Part shown: in pieces, positions 30,159-39,559 of the stretch | Position numbering within the stretch: the stretch's first letter is position 1 | Layout of the letters: each line of letters opens with the position of its first letter | Source: Candidatus Bathyarchaeota archaeon | Lineage (GTDB): Archaea; Thermoproteota; Bathyarchaeia; Bathyarchaeales; Bathycorpusculaceae | Assembly (NCBI GenBank): GCA_963828195.1 | Contig: CAWHDT010000007.1 | Coordinates: 256,001 to 320,000 of the forward strand | Length of the DNA stretch: 64,000 nt | Direction: 5' to 3' | The notes under the pieces: generated by a model | Databases searched by the model: none | What the model was told of the DNA's origin: nothing | The model's input: the letters and a program-made list of their open reading frames with translations, nothing else | Position numbers and translations under genes: made by a program

Positions 30159-30896
30159 ATGACATCGAAGGTTGATCTGGTCTCGGTCGTAATTCCAACA
30201 CTCAATGAAGCAGGAAACATCTTGGAAGCTGTCACAACCATCTATAAAGAGTTGGAGTATCCGAAGGAGATAATTGTTGTAGATGGCAACTCCACTGACG
30301 GAACAATTGAAATCGTGAAAGACACAAACTTCTGCAAACTCATTATTGAACCCAGACGCGGCTACGGAGTCGCCCTTAGAACAGGCATGAAGTATGCGAA
30401 AGGAAACATCATCGTAATGGTGGATGGCGACGGCACCTACGAGGTGAGGCACATTAACCGTTTGCTGGACAGGATGATTCAGAAAGACGCGGACATGGTG
30501 TTAGCCACCCGCATGTATGACCCGGACAAAGCCATGGGATTCATGAATTTTTTGGGCAACAAAGTAATCACTTTCGTCTACGACTTCTTCTACAGCCAAT
30601 TCCTCAGCGACTCCCAATCGGGGTTCCGAGCAATCTCCCATGAAGCCATCGATAACGTTGAGTTAAAAGAGGGAGATATGGCTTTTGCAACTGAAATGCT
30701 GGTGCAGTTCGCTAAGGAAGGATACAACATGGTTGAAGTCCCCACAACCTACAAGTCGAGGAAATATGGGAAGACAAAACTTAAACCATTTAAGTCAGGT
30801 ATTGAGATATTTAGCACTATATTCAAGGGATTTCTCGATGCGGATACAGTTAGAACGTGTCAAAAGCATTGGAAGGAAAATCGGTTTAAACGATGA
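30159..30896 (+). CDS. GT2 glycosyltransferase (DPM1-like)
   Basis: VIPTLNE, VDGNSTDGT, DGDG and DSQSGFRA motifs. Confidence 0.9.
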   Translation: MTSKVDLVSVVIPTLNEAGNILEAVTTIYKELEYPKEIIVVDGNSTDGTIEIVKDTNFCKLIIEPRRGYGVALRTGMKYAKGNIIVMVDGDGTYEVRHINRLLDRMIQKDADMVLATRMYDPDKAMGFMNFLGNKVITFVYDFFYSQFLSDSQSGFRAISHEAIDNVELKEGDMAFATEMLVQFAKEGYNMVEVPTTYKSRKYGKTKLKPFKSGIEIFSTIFKGFLDADTVRTCQKHWKENRFKR

Positions 30897-31371
30897 AAAA
30901 GGCTACGCAGTCGCCGTTTTTCTCGCGTTAATAATTATATCTGCGTTAGCCGTGGGTTACTTTGTGTTTTTTAGGCCAGCGCCGTCGGGGTACAGCACAA
31001 TCTACGTGCTGGATTCACAAAACAAAGCTGCTAATTACCCCTCGGTTTTGGTTGCTAACCAGAACAGCACATTCAACACGCCCGTTTCCGTTGTTAACAA
31101 CGAGGGGTACACCGTTCAATACCAGGTTCAAGTGAAAATCAGCGATGACGTCACAACTTTTCCAGTAGATATTCAGCCCGTTGGAGTGTACAATTTCACG
31201 CTGGGAAATGGGCAAACCTGGCAAAAGTCAGTCTCAGTTACGGAGAATCAAGTTGGAAGCTACTCTGTTGTTTTTGAGCTCTGGCAGTATAATTCGGATT
31301 CAGGAGCTTACCAGTTCATAAATAACAATGCAGAAAACTATTGCGTCTTAAACATTCAAGTGGTAAGCTAA
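30838..31371 (+). CDS. DUF1616-like membrane-anchored protein
   Basis: TM helix, then IYVLD...AANYP, VVNNEG and VVFELW. The start is uncertain. Confidence 0.65.
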   Translation: MRIQLERVKSIGRKIGLNDEKGYAVAVFLALIIISALAVGYFVFFRPAPSGYSTIYVLDSQNKAANYPSVLVANQNSTFNTPVSVVNNEGYTVQYQVQVKISDDVTTFPVDIQPVGVYNFTLGNGQTWQKSVSVTENQVGSYSVVFELWQYNSDSGAYQFINNNAENYCVLNIQVVS

Positions 31372-32837
31372 GCCGTTTTATGCCTTTCAGCGTACGCTTT
31401 CTCTATGGCTACTCGGTGGATATTGTTGTATGCGCAGAAAGGTATGATTTTTTTGTCTGGCGTAATGTAGTGAACTACGCAGCGTCTAACCCGGTTAACG
31501 TCGAAGTTGTAGGAATCCATGAACGCCATACAGCCGAGGAGGAAAATGCGTCGCCGGATTTTTCCAAGCGATTGATATGAAGGCGAAAGATGCATTCGCA
31601 TAATTGATTTCGTTAAAGTTGGCATGCCGACTTCTTTGGTGACTTCAAGCATGTTCATAGAAAGCATCGAAGCCATGAATAGCGAGGAGAGCAAAGAAAA
31701 TTTGCCTTTTGACTCTGCGTTTTCAGCGGTCTTTCTGATGTAGTTAAAGAACCTGTCAAAGTTGACGAAACGGTTGATTGGGAACATTTGACCGTTTTTT
31801 GAGACATATATCCAGTTTACGATTCCGCATTGGGGGCTGCAGGAGAAAAGCGGCCAGGGTTTTTGCATGAATTTACGCATTATCTTTATGGGGGAAGTCA
31901 TAACCGACATGGGGTAAAGATCGGTTGTTTTTATTTCGCCGCCGGTTTGTTTTTCGACGTCCTCGGCAAAGGACCATTCGCGGAAATTTTCTCGGAAGGG
32001 GTTTTCCGTTGCTCTGCCAGTGAAGGCGATTGGCTGGAAAATTAAGCCGCGTACTATGTCGGTGTTCTTGGCTGCGAAACGTATCATGTCGCCGACTTCG
32101 TTATCGTTTAAGCTTTTCATTAAAGTGTTAACTAAGATGATTTCCATGTCGTATTTTCGGCAAACCTCAATGGCCTGCAGCTTCTGTTTTACCAGGTTGT
32201 CTTGTCCTCTGATCTTTTTGTTGAATTCTTCGTGGAAACTGTCAAACGATAAATAAACGATGTTTAAGCCGCTGTCTTTTAGCTTCTTTGCAAGCTCCGG
32301 AGTGTCAACCAGATGTGTCCCATTGGTCGCCAATATGGTCATAAACTTTAGTTTGTGCGCGGCAGCGATTATTTCAGGCATATCCTCCCGCTCAAGGGGT
32401 TCGCCGCCTGAAAAAAGGATGGCTGGCGGCTTGGGGTTTGCTTTGCTTACGAACTCAAGCATATCTATGAGCGCTTCTTTGGTCGGCTCATAATCGACTT
32501 CTTGCGCTGGAAAAGTCGAGAAGCAAACGGCGCATTTGAAGTTGCATCTTTTTGTGACGTCAATTACGCCTATGACGGTGCCTGAGGCATGGTTGGTGCA
32601 TGTTTCGCAAACGTAGGGGCAGCCTTGTGGGTCTTTGGGAGCGTTCAAATCGCCAAGGTACTGGAATTGGTCGTAGGTTTGCATGTGGTTATAGATGTCT
32701 GTGCTTTGCCAGTGGGTGGCTTCAAAGGTTCCATGTTCGGGGCAAGTCTTTGTGATTTTTATTTTTCCGCTGGCTTGCGTTATCTGAGCGTCTATTTTTT
32801 TCTGGCATTCAGGGCAGACGCTTTTGGTTTTGGTCAT
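31368..32837 (-). CDS. tes: Tetraether lipid synthase Tes (GDGT-MAS) family radical SAM
   Basis: N-terminal CPEC...CPEHG rubredoxin site, GCPYVCETCTNH, CNFKCAVC, and C-terminal C..CG, CM.FMDSYNFD.NRVRRCVVHY, PFCAYN. Confidence 0.88.
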   Translation of the reverse strand: MTKTKSVCPECQKKIDAQITQASGKIKITKTCPEHGTFEATHWQSTDIYNHMQTYDQFQYLGDLNAPKDPQGCPYVCETCTNHASGTVIGVIDVTKRCNFKCAVCFSTFPAQEVDYEPTKEALIDMLEFVSKANPKPPAILFSGGEPLEREDMPEIIAAAHKLKFMTILATNGTHLVDTPELAKKLKDSGLNIVYLSFDSFHEEFNKKIRGQDNLVKQKLQAIEVCRKYDMEIILVNTLMKSLNDNEVGDMIRFAAKNTDIVRGLIFQPIAFTGRATENPFRENFREWSFAEDVEKQTGGEIKTTDLYPMSVMTSPIKIMRKFMQKPWPLFSCSPQCGIVNWIYVSKNGQMFPINRFVNFDRFFNYIRKTAENAESKGKFSLLSSLFMASMLSMNMLEVTKEVGMPTLTKSIMRMHLSPSYQSLGKIRRRIFLLGCMAFMDSYNFDVNRVRRCVVHYITPDKKIIPFCAYNNIHRVAIEKAYAERHKTA

Positions 32838-33715
32838 AGTAACCCTCCAAGTGTTGCCTCGATTATTAATGCTAGCGGAAGAAGAATCATTGACATGGTG
32901 ACTATTCGCTCATATTTTCGCACGTTTTGCAGTGTTGACGCTGAGGATACAAGGCAGATTGAACAGTAAATTAGAAGGATACTCCAGAGAAGAATGGGCG
33001 GCAAATAGTAAATTGTGAATTTGCCTATGAAGTAGGGAAGAGGAGCCAGCAGCCCAGTTAACGTGAAAAATAGAGCTGCCAACTTCACCGAGTTGCTGAT
33101 GCCGATTTTCTTGGGGAGGGTTGGGTACCCAGTTTTTGCGTCGCCGTCAAGACTCAGGACGTCTCGCAGGACGTTGCCGCCTATTGTTCCAAAAGCTATC
33201 GGGTAGAGGCTTAAAGAAATCAAGCTTACAGTCGGAGGTGCAGTGATGGTGGCTTCCCCAAACATGAAGGCCGTGCCCGTCAAAACGCCAACCAAAACAT
33301 TGGCCGCGAAGCCTGATTTGCGCTTGACAAGGGTTGAGTAAATTATAAGCAGCAGGGAATCCGCCGCGATGATTGTGAAGCTCAGCAGGTTAATGTAAGA
33401 AGCCATGATAAGGCCTACAGTGAAAAGCACGCCTGAGATGGCTACTACCTGCTTTAGCGACAGCGCACCTGAGGGTATAGGGCGTTTAGGCTTGATTACT
33501 GCGTCGCTTTCTCTGTCGAAGTAATCGTTGATTGCGAATCCAGCCGATGTTATGAACGCCATGGAAAAGAAAACCAGCAAATCCGTCTGTATGCTTAGGC
33601 CAAGGGGGTTTTTGGTGATGGCGAAAGCTGTTAAAAGAGATAATCCGCCAGTCATCAGCCAGTAGGGAAGCCTCAAAAGCGCGATTAAGCCTCTAGCTGG
33701 CGCCGAGGCAGCCAT
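32834..33715 (-). CDS. UbiA-family prenyltransferase, DGGGP synthase-like
   Basis: INDYFDRESD..KPKRPIPSG motif and multiple TMs. The second acidic motif is degenerate (NVLRDVLSLDGD). Confidence 0.85.
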   Translation of the reverse strand: MAASAPARGLIALLRLPYWLMTGGLSLLTAFAITKNPLGLSIQTDLLVFFSMAFITSAGFAINDYFDRESDAVIKPKRPIPSGALSLKQVVAISGVLFTVGLIMASYINLLSFTIIAADSLLLIIYSTLVKRKSGFAANVLVGVLTGTAFMFGEATITAPPTVSLISLSLYPIAFGTIGGNVLRDVLSLDGDAKTGYPTLPKKIGISNSVKLAALFFTLTGLLAPLPYFIGKFTIYYLPPILLWSILLIYCSICLVSSASTLQNVRKYERIVTMSMILLPLALIIEATLGGLL

Positions 33716-34656
33716 TACGAAATTTTCCTCTCAGCGATAATTGCTTTTATGCTGTCTTCAAGGCTAACCTTGGGATTCCAATTCAGCTCTTTTTTTGCTT
33801 TGGAGTTGTCGAACCAAATTTTTGTAACGTCGCCTTGCCAAGAAACATTGGTTGTGGTTATAAATGTCCTGTCTTGGAAGTTGAGGATTTTAAGCATCAT
33901 TTTGGCAAGGTCTATTATCGTGATTGTCGTTCCAAAGCCAATGTTGTAGGTTTTACCAGTAGTAGAATCTTCTGAACCGACTGTTACCAGAGCATCAACC
34001 ACGTCGGATACGTGTACAAAATCGCGTGACTGCAATCCAGTGCCGATGATTTCGAGTTTCTCGGGGTTTTTAGCGAGTTTGTCCAGAAAATCGTGGATGA
34101 CGCCGTGGCACCTTGACCCGTAAACGTTGGCAAACCTCATTATTGTTATGTCTAAGCCGTATTGGCTTTGGTACATTTGACAGTATTCTTCGCCGACGAC
34201 TTTGGATAATCCGTAGCATGAAAAAGGGTGAAACCCATATTCTTCTGGCGTGGGAAAAACCGTTGGGTTGCCATAGACTGCTGCGCTGGAAGCGAAAACC
34301 AGTTTTGCATCGTCTTTGCGTGCTTTCTCAAGAACCTGCACGGTTCCTTTAGCGTTTGTTTCAAAATCTATCATGGGATTCTCCATCGAGTAAGGAACCA
34401 CAACTTGGGCGGCTAAATGATAAATTAAATCCTGCTTCTCCAAGGAAAGAAGCTTTTTTGGATCCAAAATGTCGCCTTTGACGAATTTGGCTTTCGGGAC
34501 GTCTTGCACGTTTTCCTTTGTGCCGCTTGACAAGTTATCGTAAGTTGTCAAGTTAGAGGTCAAATCTGAAAGCTTCGTGCACAGGTGAAAGCCGATAAAA
34601 CCTGCGCCTCCAGTGACCAGAATTTTTTTCCCCGTAAGTTCCCCCATGTAATTCAC
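33715..34656 (-). CDS. NAD-dependent nucleotide-sugar epimerase/dehydratase (GalE-like)
   Basis: TGGAGFIG, SSAAVYG, YGLSK and RDFVHVSD motifs. Confidence 0.92.
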   Translation of the reverse strand: MNYMGELTGKKILVTGGAGFIGFHLCTKLSDLTSNLTTYDNLSSGTKENVQDVPKAKFVKGDILDPKKLLSLEKQDLIYHLAAQVVVPYSMENPMIDFETNAKGTVQVLEKARKDDAKLVFASSAAVYGNPTVFPTPEEYGFHPFSCYGLSKVVGEEYCQMYQSQYGLDITIMRFANVYGSRCHGVIHDFLDKLAKNPEKLEIIGTGLQSRDFVHVSDVVDALVTVGSEDSTTGKTYNIGFGTTITIIDLAKMMLKILNFQDRTFITTTNVSWQGDVTKIWFDNSKAKKELNWNPKVSLEDSIKAIIAERKIS

Positions 34657-34694
34657 GACAAAGTCTATATTATATTTAGTCAGTTGTAGGGTAT

Positions 34695-35525
34695 ATGTCG
34701 CCTGTGAAACCTATAAAAACTTTTAGGGATTTGCTGTCTTTCCTGACAATCATCTCTTGGGGCGGAAAAGAAGATTTCATATTCAACACAGCCGAACACA
34801 TGTACCTGTTTCCTCTGATGGGCGCCTTCACAGGCCTGTTGGGTGCAGCTTACTTTGTTGGAGCAAACTACGTGGTTCGTTTCCTGCTTAGCTTAGCTAA
34901 CATGGCTGCTGCGTTGCCGACTGGTTTGCTGACGAGGATTGCGGTGGCCGCTATGACTGTGGCGTTTCTTCTGGTTTTAACTGGACTTCAACATTTCGAC
35001 GGCTTAATAGATTTGGGAAACGCGTTCGGAGTGAGAAATCTGCATGACAGAAAAATGGTTGCTCACGCTTGGACAGTGACGTATTGGGGGGCGCTTCTTG
35101 GTATAGCTGTGGAGTTCGCGGCTTTTGTAGGGCTGTTTTTCATTAACCCACTTTTTGCTTTCGGAGCCATAGTAGCCGCTGAAGTCTCAGCTAAACTCTC
35201 AATGGTGACGATTGTTTGGGCTGGGAAACCAGCGCATAAAGGGTTAGGCTCGATGTTTATTTCGAAAGCAAAAAAGAAACTTAACATCGTTGCTTATGTT
35301 CTTGCAGTTTTGATTGTTTACCCATTCTTCGCTTTCACAAGTAACCTTATTTTAGGTTTCGTTGCTGTCGCAGTGGTTTTAGTCAGCATTCCTGTGGCGT
35401 TTGTGATGAAGAAAATCGGGGAAAATGTTTTCGGCGGAGTTTCGGGCGACGTGATTGGAGCAACTGACGAGGTGGCTAAGGCAGTTACGCTTATTTTGCT
35501 TGCCGCCGTGTTGGTGTTGATATGA
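34695..35525 (+). CDS. cobS: CobS-family membrane protein, divergent copy 2
   Basis: SFLT, GLQHFDGLIDLGNA and GVSGDVIGATDE are present, but the M-x-D-x2-x-G motif is missing. Confidence 0.8.
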   Translation: MSPVKPIKTFRDLLSFLTIISWGGKEDFIFNTAEHMYLFPLMGAFTGLLGAAYFVGANYVVRFLLSLANMAAALPTGLLTRIAVAAMTVAFLLVLTGLQHFDGLIDLGNAFGVRNLHDRKMVAHAWTVTYWGALLGIAVEFAAFVGLFFINPLFAFGAIVAAEVSAKLSMVTIVWAGKPAHKGLGSMFISKAKKKLNIVAYVLAVLIVYPFFAFTSNLILGFVAVAVVLVSIPVAFVMKKIGENVFGGVSGDVIGATDEVAKAVTLILLAAVLVLI

Positions 35526-36142
35526 AAGTTCCCGCTTTGATTATGGCTGGCGGAAAAGCAAAACGCATGGGGTTGCCAGTGGAGAAGCCGCTTCTGCCTT
35601 TTTTAGGTAAACCGCTGATTGATTGGGTTGCTGAGGCTGTTGCTTATGCAGAGAAGGTCTCTGAGTTTTACGTTGTGACCAGCCAGAACACGCCTGAAAC
35701 GGAGAAGCACTGCCAAAACAACGGGTGGAATGTATTGCGAACTGACGCCAAAGGCTACCACAACGACCTAAAGCAAGCGGTTTTAAAGGCTGGTTTAATG
35801 GGGGCTGTGTTGACTATTCCAGCGGATTCCCCAGCTGTAACAGGCAAGTTTCTTGATAAAATCGTCAGTCAGTTTGAAGTCTGCGGCAGAGATTTCTACG
35901 CGGTTTTTGTTCCCATTGAAGTTCGGGAAAAACTGGGGCTTTCTGTGGATTCCACGGATGAGTTTAAGGGGGTGTGGTATGCTGTTTCGGGCGTCAATAT
36001 TGTTAATGGCGCTAAAATTCAATGCGACGACAAAATTGAAACAGGTGCGTTAATCACGACGGATTTGGAAGTGCTTCTAAACATTAACACGCTTAGGGAT
36101 TTAGAAATTGCAGAGAAAATAATGAAAAATAACTTTGGATGA
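35522..36142 (+). CDS. cobY: CobY-like NTP transferase, copy 2
   Basis: MAGGKAKRM..EKPL, PADSP, GVNI and NINT motifs. Coupled to cobS copy 2. Confidence 0.82.
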   Translation: MKVPALIMAGGKAKRMGLPVEKPLLPFLGKPLIDWVAEAVAYAEKVSEFYVVTSQNTPETEKHCQNNGWNVLRTDAKGYHNDLKQAVLKAGLMGAVLTIPADSPAVTGKFLDKIVSQFEVCGRDFYAVFVPIEVREKLGLSVDSTDEFKGVWYAVSGVNIVNGAKIQCDDKIETGALITTDLEVLLNINTLRDLEIAEKIMKNNFG

Positions 36143-36318
36143 TTTTGGTTACGAGTAGGCTTCAAACGATTGTTTCACAGTATGGAAATGTTTTTAGCAT
36201 CTAAACTCTCGGCTGAACAAGAGCGAAAAACTTTGGGTTTAAGCCTGAACGGAGAAATATTTAACATCAGCCCGCCTCCTACTTTACACCTGTCGCTGAT
36301 TTAGGAGTTCGACTGCTG

Positions 36319-37737
36319 ATGAGTCTGCTTAGCCATGACACGTTCTGGAATGCTGTGATAACTCTGCCAATGACAAAAAAAATGCTGCGGGTGTCGCTGA
36401 AAAAATGCCCCGCATGCGGCAGAACTGTTCTTGAAGCAGCATTGGACGCTTACGCTGGAAAAACCGAGCGGAACTGTGAAAAATGCAGCGTTTTGTATTC
36501 TCAGGTTATTGGTTTTTGGGTTGAATTTCTAAGAAGAAGCCTCAACATTAAACGTGAAAAAGTCGAGAAGCTCTTAGCTGACCCCTATGCGCGTCGCGCG
36601 GTATTAAACCTAACCAAAAGCTTCGCGTACATAGGCATAAAAAAGCCAATCTCACTTTACGCGCCCTTCCTAATCGTTTGGGATTTCACTCATAAATGCA
36701 ACTTAAACTGCAAACACTGCTACTCAAACAGCGGCGCAGTCAACGAAGAAGAACTCACAACAAAACAAGCCGTTGCAGTGGTTGATCAACTTGCAGATGC
36801 TGGAGTGACAGCGCTAGCTTTTTCAGGCGGGGAACCGCTTAGCCGAAAAGACTTCTTTGAAGTTGCACGGCACGCCGCCGACCGCGGGCTCTACGTTTCT
36901 GTCGCCACAAACGGCACCTTGCTTACCAAAGAAACAGTGCAGAAACTCAAGCAAGCCAAAGTGAACTATTTGGACATCAGCATAGATGGGGCATCGGCTA
37001 AAACCCACGATGAATTTCGAGGTACACCCGGCTCTTTTGATAGAGCAGTTGCGGGGCTCAAGAACTGTGTAGAAGCTGACTTATGCGTTTGCATAGCCAC
37101 GACGGCAACGAAGAGCAATTTTGAAGAGATGCCAGCAATCATTGATTTAGCCGAAGAGGTAGGTGCTGAGCGGTTTACTTACTTCAACTTTATTCCAACA
37201 GGAAGAGGCAAAGCGCATTACGATCAAGACCTCTCTCCTGAAGAACGGGAAAAACTCATGCGGTACCTGCTTGCGAGGATGTCTAAGGGCTGCAAAACAA
37301 CCATCCTAACCACAGCGCCCCAGCTTGCCCGCGTCGGACTGCAATGTCAAGGAGCAGGAGGCACGGGAGAAGTAACTATGTCTATGGCGCACATGCAAAC
37401 GGTTAAGGTCACCAAAAAAGCGGTACCTCTAGCAGATTTTATAGGCGGATGCGGCGCAGGAAGATTATACTGTTCCCTTTCACCTCAAGGCGATGTTCAC
37501 CCATGCGTTTTTTTGCCAGTAAATGTTGGTAACCTCAAAAACGAAAATTTCCAGGACATCTGGTTAAACTCACCGCTCTTCAAAGCCTTACGCGACAGAG
37601 GCAACCTGAAAGGAGCCTGCGGAAGCTGCAACTACAAGTTTATTTGCGGCGGATGCAGAGCCCGCTCAGCAGCTTATCATAACGGCGACATGTTCAATTC
37701 GGATCCCGGATGCATAATGGGAGTAAAAGGTGCTTAA
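36319..37737 (+). CDS. Radical SAM/SPASM protein, candidate GMGT synthase (Gms)-like
   Basis: APFLIVWDFTHKCNLNCKHCY, FNFIPTGRG, TTAPQ, FIGGCGAGR and C..C....CGGCRAR...DPGC motifs. Confidence 0.75.
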   Translation: MSLLSHDTFWNAVITLPMTKKMLRVSLKKCPACGRTVLEAALDAYAGKTERNCEKCSVLYSQVIGFWVEFLRRSLNIKREKVEKLLADPYARRAVLNLTKSFAYIGIKKPISLYAPFLIVWDFTHKCNLNCKHCYSNSGAVNEEELTTKQAVAVVDQLADAGVTALAFSGGEPLSRKDFFEVARHAADRGLYVSVATNGTLLTKETVQKLKQAKVNYLDISIDGASAKTHDEFRGTPGSFDRAVAGLKNCVEADLCVCIATTATKSNFEEMPAIIDLAEEVGAERFTYFNFIPTGRGKAHYDQDLSPEEREKLMRYLLARMSKGCKTTILTTAPQLARVGLQCQGAGGTGEVTMSMAHMQTVKVTKKAVPLADFIGGCGAGRLYCSLSPQGDVHPCVFLPVNVGNLKNENFQDIWLNSPLFKALRDRGNLKGACGSCNYKFICGGCRARSAAYHNGDMFNSDPGCIMGVKGA

Positions 37738-37739
37738 GG

Positions 37740-38699
37740 GTGCCTAACCCACAAAAAACCGTTAAAATTTTCCGTGCAAAAGACGATGTAACCGATATTG
37801 TAAAGGAAGCCGTCGCAAATTCAGGGTTAAAGGGCAAACACAAAATTTTCGTTAAGCCAAACTTGAGTCACCCAGAATATCTGCCGGGGGTTGTTACGAG
37901 CCCCAAGTTGATAGGTCAAGTCGTCGGTTTGCTGCGGGATGGAAGCAGCGAAGTTATTGTGGGCGAATCGAACGGCTTCAATTACCCCTGCTGGACAGCT
38001 TTCGATAAAACAGGCGTCGAAGCAGCGGTGAAAGCGGCAGGTGGCGAAGTCATTAACCTCTCTGAAGACAAAGTCGTCGAAGTGAAATTCCAGGGCGACA
38101 CTCCATTGAAGCGGCTGTTTCTGCCCAAAACCGTCCTTGAGGCTGACGCCGTGGTGGATTTGCCCTTGATGAAAACTCATGAGTTCATGGCTTACAGCGG
38201 CGCCATCAAAAACCTGTTCGGCTGCGTGCCCAGCAACAAACGCATCTACTTGCATCCTTACTTGCCTGAAGTATTCTATCGTCTATACACCTTATTCAAG
38301 CCGCAACTAACCATTATGGACGCGCGTACGGGAATCGAAGGCAACGGCCCGACCAAAGGCAAACCCGTCAAAATGGGGCTGATGCTAACAGGCGACGATG
38401 CGTTAGCTTTAGACATAGTTGCAGCCAAAGTTATGATGATGGATTGGAAAGAAACATATCTGGGCTACATCGCAGACAAAACAGGCTTGCATGAAGACGA
38501 CATCAAAGTTGAGGGCTTGCAAATTGCCACGGTTGAGCATAGATTTGAGCCACCCAGAATCGATTTGCCCGTAAAAGCACAAATGAAAATCTACCAACAT
38601 GAGTACCTAACGAAAATGCTATTTTGCTCATTGGATATCGTTAAGCTGTTCCAGAAAATAACCGTTGCCTATCGCCAAGAGCCTGCTCAGACGGCTTAG
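37740..38699 (+). CDS. DUF362 family protein
   Basis: VKPNL, KTH....SGAIKNLFG and GIEGNGP motifs. GTG start 3 nt after the radical SAM stop. Confidence 0.85.
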   Translation: MPNPQKTVKIFRAKDDVTDIVKEAVANSGLKGKHKIFVKPNLSHPEYLPGVVTSPKLIGQVVGLLRDGSSEVIVGESNGFNYPCWTAFDKTGVEAAVKAAGGEVINLSEDKVVEVKFQGDTPLKRLFLPKTVLEADAVVDLPLMKTHEFMAYSGAIKNLFGCVPSNKRIYLHPYLPEVFYRLYTLFKPQLTIMDARTGIEGNGPTKGKPVKMGLMLTGDDALALDIVAAKVMMMDWKETYLGYIADKTGLHEDDIKVEGLQIATVEHRFEPPRIDLPVKAQMKIYQHEYLTKMLFCSLDIVKLFQKITVAYRQEPAQTA

Positions 38700-38750
38700 C
38701 CCTGATTAAAATAGTTAACAGCACAAGTGAAACAAATAATAACGTTAACC

Positions 38751-39110
38751 TTAAGCGGATGCGGCTTTTTTTCCATTCATCTTGGCTAAAGCCTCAACTA
38801 TTAAATGTTGAACTTCGGGTAACCGTTCTTTAATCGTCTTCCAAACAACATCCAACTGGACGCCAAAATATCCATGTATTAACTTGTCTCTCATTCCAGC
38901 CATGTCTCGCCAAGGCACTTTAGGGTACTCATGCCTTACTGCTAAAGGAATGTGCTTGGTTGCTTCACCGATAATCTCGAAATTTCTTATTACAGCATCA
39001 ACTGTTTTTTTATCGCTAACAAACTCCTCATAAGTAAGGTCTTTTGTGTATGCTGTTATGCTGTTTATGGCGTCAATTATATCTTCAACGTAAACTTGAA
39101 AATCTCTCAA
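38751..39110 (-). CDS. HEPN (DUF86/HepT) RNase toxin
   Basis: RNFEIIGEA and RDKLIH (R-x4-H) GYF motifs. Confidence 0.92.
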   Translation of the reverse strand: MRDFQVYVEDIIDAINSITAYTKDLTYEEFVSDKKTVDAVIRNFEIIGEATKHIPLAVRHEYPKVPWRDMAGMRDKLIHGYFGVQLDVVWKTIKERLPEVQHLIVEALAKMNGKKAASA

Positions 39111-39400
39111 ATGTAAACAGCCTCGCTTAAAATTCGCTCCTTCAGGCGAGGCTTAATCCCCTCTTTCATAACAAGGTCAACTTTAACTCCTAAAATATCG
39201 CTCAGGTAATTTTCAAGCTCAACAAATGTAAAGAGGTCAATTGTTTCGTAAAAAGTAACCAAAACATCTACATCGCTTTTCTTATTTTGCTCTTGTCTGA
39301 CGTAAGACCCAAAAATCCCAATTTCTTTTACCTTAAATTTTTTCCCCAACTCTTCTTTATTCAAAGCCAAAGTCACCTTTAGCTTTTCTAATGTTTGCAT
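39107..39400 (-). CDS. Minimal nucleotidyltransferase (MNT) antitoxin
   Basis: FGSYVR......SDVD and VDLV motifs. Start at ATG 39400. Confidence 0.92.
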   Translation of the reverse strand: MQTLEKLKVTLALNKEELGKKFKVKEIGIFGSYVRQEQNKKSDVDVLVTFYETIDLFTFVELENYLSDILGVKVDLVMKEGIKPRLKERILSEAVYI

Positions 39401-39559
39401 TTTGATCGAAATAAGATTAGAGTATTCACCTTTTAAAGGATGTTGGGAATGTGATTGTTTCAGATGCCGACTATGAGCGTCTTGACCGCAAATAAGACGA
39501 GGTTTGTCTGCAAAACGTCTCAATAATTAGGAAAGAATGATTTGCCACAAAAACTGTCT

